Shown here: in pieces, positions 29,396 to 32,000 of the stretch
Position numbering within the stretch: position 1 is the stretch's first letter
How the letters are laid out: every line of letters begins with the position of its first letter
Assembly (NCBI RefSeq): GCF_000008545.1
Contig: NC_000853.1
Coordinates: forward strand, 168,465 to 200,464
DNA from: Thermotoga maritima MSB8
GTDB taxonomy: Bacteria; Thermotogota; Thermotogae; Thermotogales; Thermotogaceae
Direction: 5' to 3'
DNA: 32,000 bases
The notes under the pieces: model-generated
What the model was told of the DNA's origin: nothing
Seen by the model: only the letters and a program-made list of their open reading frames with translations
The model's database searches: none
Translations under genes and position numbers: made by a program

Positions 29396-30681
29396 GGGTG
29401 AAATACTTCGGAACCGACGGAATAAGGGGAATCTTTGGTGAAACACTCACAGATGAGCTGGCCTTCAAGGTGGGCAAAGCGCTGGGAGAGATTGTCGGAG
29501 AAGGGAAAGTTATCGTGGGAAAGGACACGAGGGTTTCGGGGGATTCGCTCGAAGCGGCTATTTCCGCTGGCCTCACGTCCATGGGGGTGGACGTTCTTCT
29601 GTGCGGCATTCTTCCAACGCCCGCGGTGGCTCTCCTCACGAGGATCACCAGGTCGTTCGGTGTTGTCATTTCGGCTTCTCACAATCCTCCAGAATACAAC
29701 GGCATAAAGGTGTTGAAGGGTGGATACAAGATACCGGACGAGATGGAAGCAGAGATAGAGAAGAGACTGGAAAACGGGAGTTTCTTAACCCGCTCGGTTG
29801 TCGGCAGGACAAAATCGTTTAGAGAAGGAAGGGACATGTACATCGGAGCGGTCCTTGAAATGTTCAGGGATCTCGATCTCACAGGTGAGATGGTATCCCT
29901 GGACCTTGCGAACGGTGCCACAACGACAACTGCCAGAGAGGTTTTTGAATTCCTTGGAGCGAAAGTAGAGGTGTTCAACGATTCCCAGGACGGACTCCTC
30001 ATAAATCAAGGATGCGGAGCCACTCATCCCAGGTTTTTGGCCGAAGAGATGAAGAACGGGAAGGTGGGATTCACCTTCGATGGTGATGGAGACCGTGTGA
30101 TAGCTGTAGACGAAGAAAGAAACGTTGTGAACGGAGATAGGATCATAGGGATCCTCGCAGTTGGGTTGAAAGAAGAGGGACGTCTAAACAGCGATACCGT
30201 GGTGGGCACCGTTATGACGAATGGAGGCCTCGAAGATTTTCTCAAAGAAAAAGGGATAAGACTTCTTCGAACGAAAGTTGGAGACAAATACGTTCTTGAA
30301 AAGATGCTCGAAAGTGGAGCGAATCTGGGAGGAGAGAGATCCGGTCACATAATAATCCTCGACAGAAGCACTACGGGAGATGGTTTGATAACCGCTTTGG
30401 AGCTGATGAGAGTCCTCAAGCGATCGGGAAGAAAGCTTTCTGATTTCGCGAAGGAGATACCAGATTATCCGCAGATCACAAAGAACGTAAGGAGAACGGA
30501 GCGAATGTCTCTCGAAAATGAGAATCTGAGAAAGATCGTTGAAGAGAGCACTTCCAGGGGCTACCGTGTGGTGATAAGACCGTCCGGTACAGAGCCCGTT
30601 ATAAGAATCACGGTTGAGGGAAAAGACAGAGAGGAGATAGAAAAGATCGTGGAGGAGATTTCAAGGGTTCTCGAGAGTTGA
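29392..30681 (+). CDS. glmM: phosphoglucosamine mutase
   Basis: N-terminus MRVKYFGTDGIRG. Phosphoserine loop SASHNPPEYNGIK. Mg site FDGDGDR. Sugar-binding GGERSGH. ATGA overlap with the upstream stop. Confidence 0.92.
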   Translation: MRVKYFGTDGIRGIFGETLTDELAFKVGKALGEIVGEGKVIVGKDTRVSGDSLEAAISAGLTSMGVDVLLCGILPTPAVALLTRITRSFGVVISASHNPPEYNGIKVLKGGYKIPDEMEAEIEKRLENGSFLTRSVVGRTKSFREGRDMYIGAVLEMFRDLDLTGEMVSLDLANGATTTTAREVFEFLGAKVEVFNDSQDGLLINQGCGATHPRFLAEEMKNGKVGFTFDGDGDRVIAVDEERNVVNGDRIIGILAVGLKEEGRLNSDTVVGTVMTNGGLEDFLKEKGIRLLRTKVGDKYVLEKMLESGANLGGERSGHIIILDRSTTGDGLITALELMRVLKRSGRKLSDFAKEIPDYPQITKNVRRTERMSLENENLRKIVEESTSRGYRVVIRPSGTEPVIRITVEGKDREEIEKIVEEISRVLES

Positions 30682-31110
30682 TATCCCGTATTCTATCCAT
30701 ATCTTCGCGAGGGTCAACATTTCTCCCCATCCGACTGCACACTCGAGCTTTATTTTCATGTCCTCTTCGTTGAGGACGATCGTGTGGTCTTCTACCTGAA
30801 CCCAGGTGCCGTTGTAGCTTGAAGGGAAGAACTCCATCTTGACGCGGGATCTGAATCCATCTTCGTATGTGTTCCAGGAGAACTCTATGAGATTGGGAGG
30901 TTCTAACCTATGGATGATACCTTCGTCCGTCACTTCCTCCCCAAACGTTTTTCTGAACCACCTGAAGAAGATCTTTCCTCCTTCCTTGAGTTCCATCTTC
31001 ATACCATCGGTGAACCAGCCGTCCCAGCCGTTTTCGTTAACGAATACCCTCCACACCTTCTCCAGGGGAGCTCTGATGTGAACGCCCGCCGTTGTGGGAG
31101 GTATCTTCAT
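30661..31110 (-). CDS. SRPBCC-superfamily (AHSA1/START-like) small ligand-binding protein
   Basis: The pattern IRAPLEKVWRVFVNENGWDGWF...EPPNLIEFSW... is typical of the Aha1/BPI-like SRPBCC fold. ATG at 31110 is preceded by GGAGGGAGAAGG. Its 3' end overlaps the glmM 3' end convergently by 21 nt. Confidence 0.7.
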   Translation of the reverse strand: MKIPPTTAGVHIRAPLEKVWRVFVNENGWDGWFTDGMKMELKEGGKIFFRWFRKTFGEEVTDEGIIHRLEPPNLIEFSWNTYEDGFRSRVKMEFFPSSYNGTWVQVEDHTIVLNEEDMKIKLECAVGWGEMLTLAKIWIEYGISTLENP

Positions 31111-32000
31111 CCTTCTCCCTCCTGTAGACATCGGTTATTTCTTTTTCCAGTTTCAGGAAGGCTTCGACTACTTCTGGTGAATAGAGCTTCCCGGAAAGGG
31201 ATTCTATCTCTCTGAACGCTTCTTCAAGTGGTTTTGGGTTTTTGTAGGGTCTTCTGGAAACCATGGCGTCGAAACTGTCCGCCACCGCTACGATGAGGCC
31301 AGAAATGGGTATTTCTCTCTCCTTCAGTCCCCTGGGATACCCGGACCCATCCCATCTTTCGTGATGCGTGAGAGCGATCTCCGCTCCAAGTTGAAGGATA
31401 GGGGAGTTGCTCCGGCTGAGGATCCTGAATCCGATGGTGGTGTGTTGTTTCATGATTTCGAATTCTTCCGGTGTGAGAATACCGGGCTTCAACAGGATTC
31501 TGTCGGGTATTCCGATCTTTCCAATATCGTGGAGGGGAGCGGCGAACTGAATCTCTGTGACGAAAACCTCGCTCATTCCCATTTCTTCAGCAATCCTTCC
31601 TGAGAGCCATCCAACCCTCTCTGTGTGTCTGTGTGTCTCCATGTCCCTGTATTCGGAAAGCATGTTCAGTATTTCCAGAACTTCGAAGAGAAAGTCTTCG
31701 TATTCTGTGAAGAACTCCTCCGCGGTTTTTTCCAGAAGGAAGAGTTTTTTCTTCAACGATTTCAGATAGCTGTTTCTGTACATATGGAAGACTCTGTTTC
31801 TGAGGGCGTGGGTTATTTTCAATCTCAACAGTTCGAGATTGACAGGTTTTTTGATGAAATCATCGGCTCCTGCCTCCACACATTTCTTTACTATTTCAGT
31901 GTCGTCGTACGCGGTTACGACGAAGACCACACAGGATGGATTCTTCGCTTTTATCTTGTTCACCACTTCTATTCCACTCATCCCTGGTAGCATCACGTCT
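31037..32000 (-). CDS. response-regulator receiver / HD-GYP domain protein (c-di-GMP phosphodiesterase type), 5'-truncated by the window edge
   Basis: Receiver motif DVMLPGMSG reads through the window end. HD motif (APLHDIGKIGIP) and HHERWDGSGYPRGL (GYP). The frame stays open to nt 32000. Confidence 0.85.
   Translation of the reverse strand, partial: DVMLPGMSGIEVVNKIKAKNPSCVVFVVTAYDDTEIVKKCVEAGADDFIKKPVNLELLRLKITHALRNRVFHMYRNSYLKSLKKKLFLLEKTAEEFFTEYEDFLFEVLEILNMLSEYRDMETHRHTERVGWLSGRIAEEMGMSEVFVTEIQFAAPLHDIGKIGIPDRILLKPGILTPEEFEIMKQHTTIGFRILSRSNSPILQLGAEIALTHHERWDGSGYPRGLKEREIPISGLIVAVADSFDAMVSRRPYKNPKPLEEAFREIESLSGKLYSPEVVEAFLKLEKEITDVYRREKDEDTSHNGGRSHQSSPGEGVEGIR

Overview
This is a gene-dense core-chromosome segment on both strands. 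From the protein and rRNA sequences I recognise it as Thermotoga (T. maritima-type); that identification is from memory and should be confirmed by BLAST. I see no CRISPR array, IS element, prophage or defence island.

Gene order, left to right:
- Plus strand: a hypothetical protein, a TPR/acidic membrane protein and a DUF368 protein.
- Minus strand: the deoB-folC-ruvA string.
- Plus strand: a 10.5-kb near-gapless string of leuS, rex, a small ORF, a YqeG-type HAD phosphatase, ahcY, reverse gyrase and membrane pyrophosphatase, closed by a UUCG-tetraloop terminator.
- Plus strand: an ACP-like gene, DUF89, yitT-like and priA.
- A complete, very G+C-rich rRNA operon (16S, tRNA-Ile-GAT, tRNA-Ala-TGC, 23S, 5S) with long flanking processing stems.
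- A small ACT-fold (TM1266-like) gene and a convergent lipoprotein gene.
- Plus strand: overlapping holA-like, B12/radical-SAM, C-N hydrolase and glmM genes.
- Minus strand: an SRPBCC gene and a receiver/HD-GYP gene that runs off the right edge.

Start codons were refined using the strong GGAGGTGAT-type Shine-Dalgarno sites, which match the 16S 3' end seen in this window.

Most interesting observations:
- An orphan ACP-like gene is translationally coupled to a DUF89 phosphatase gene.
- A nested palindrome lies directly after 5S. It combines Rex-operator geometry, the -10 box, and an anti-SD/SD clamp on the TM1266-like gene.
- rex is embedded in the leuS-to-PPase super-string.
- A radical-SAM gene and a C-N hydrolase gene overlap.
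- The 12-nt motif GGGTCATTGAAA opens both rRNA processing stems.

The long antisense ORFs and all ORFs inside the rRNA genes are rejected as artefacts.
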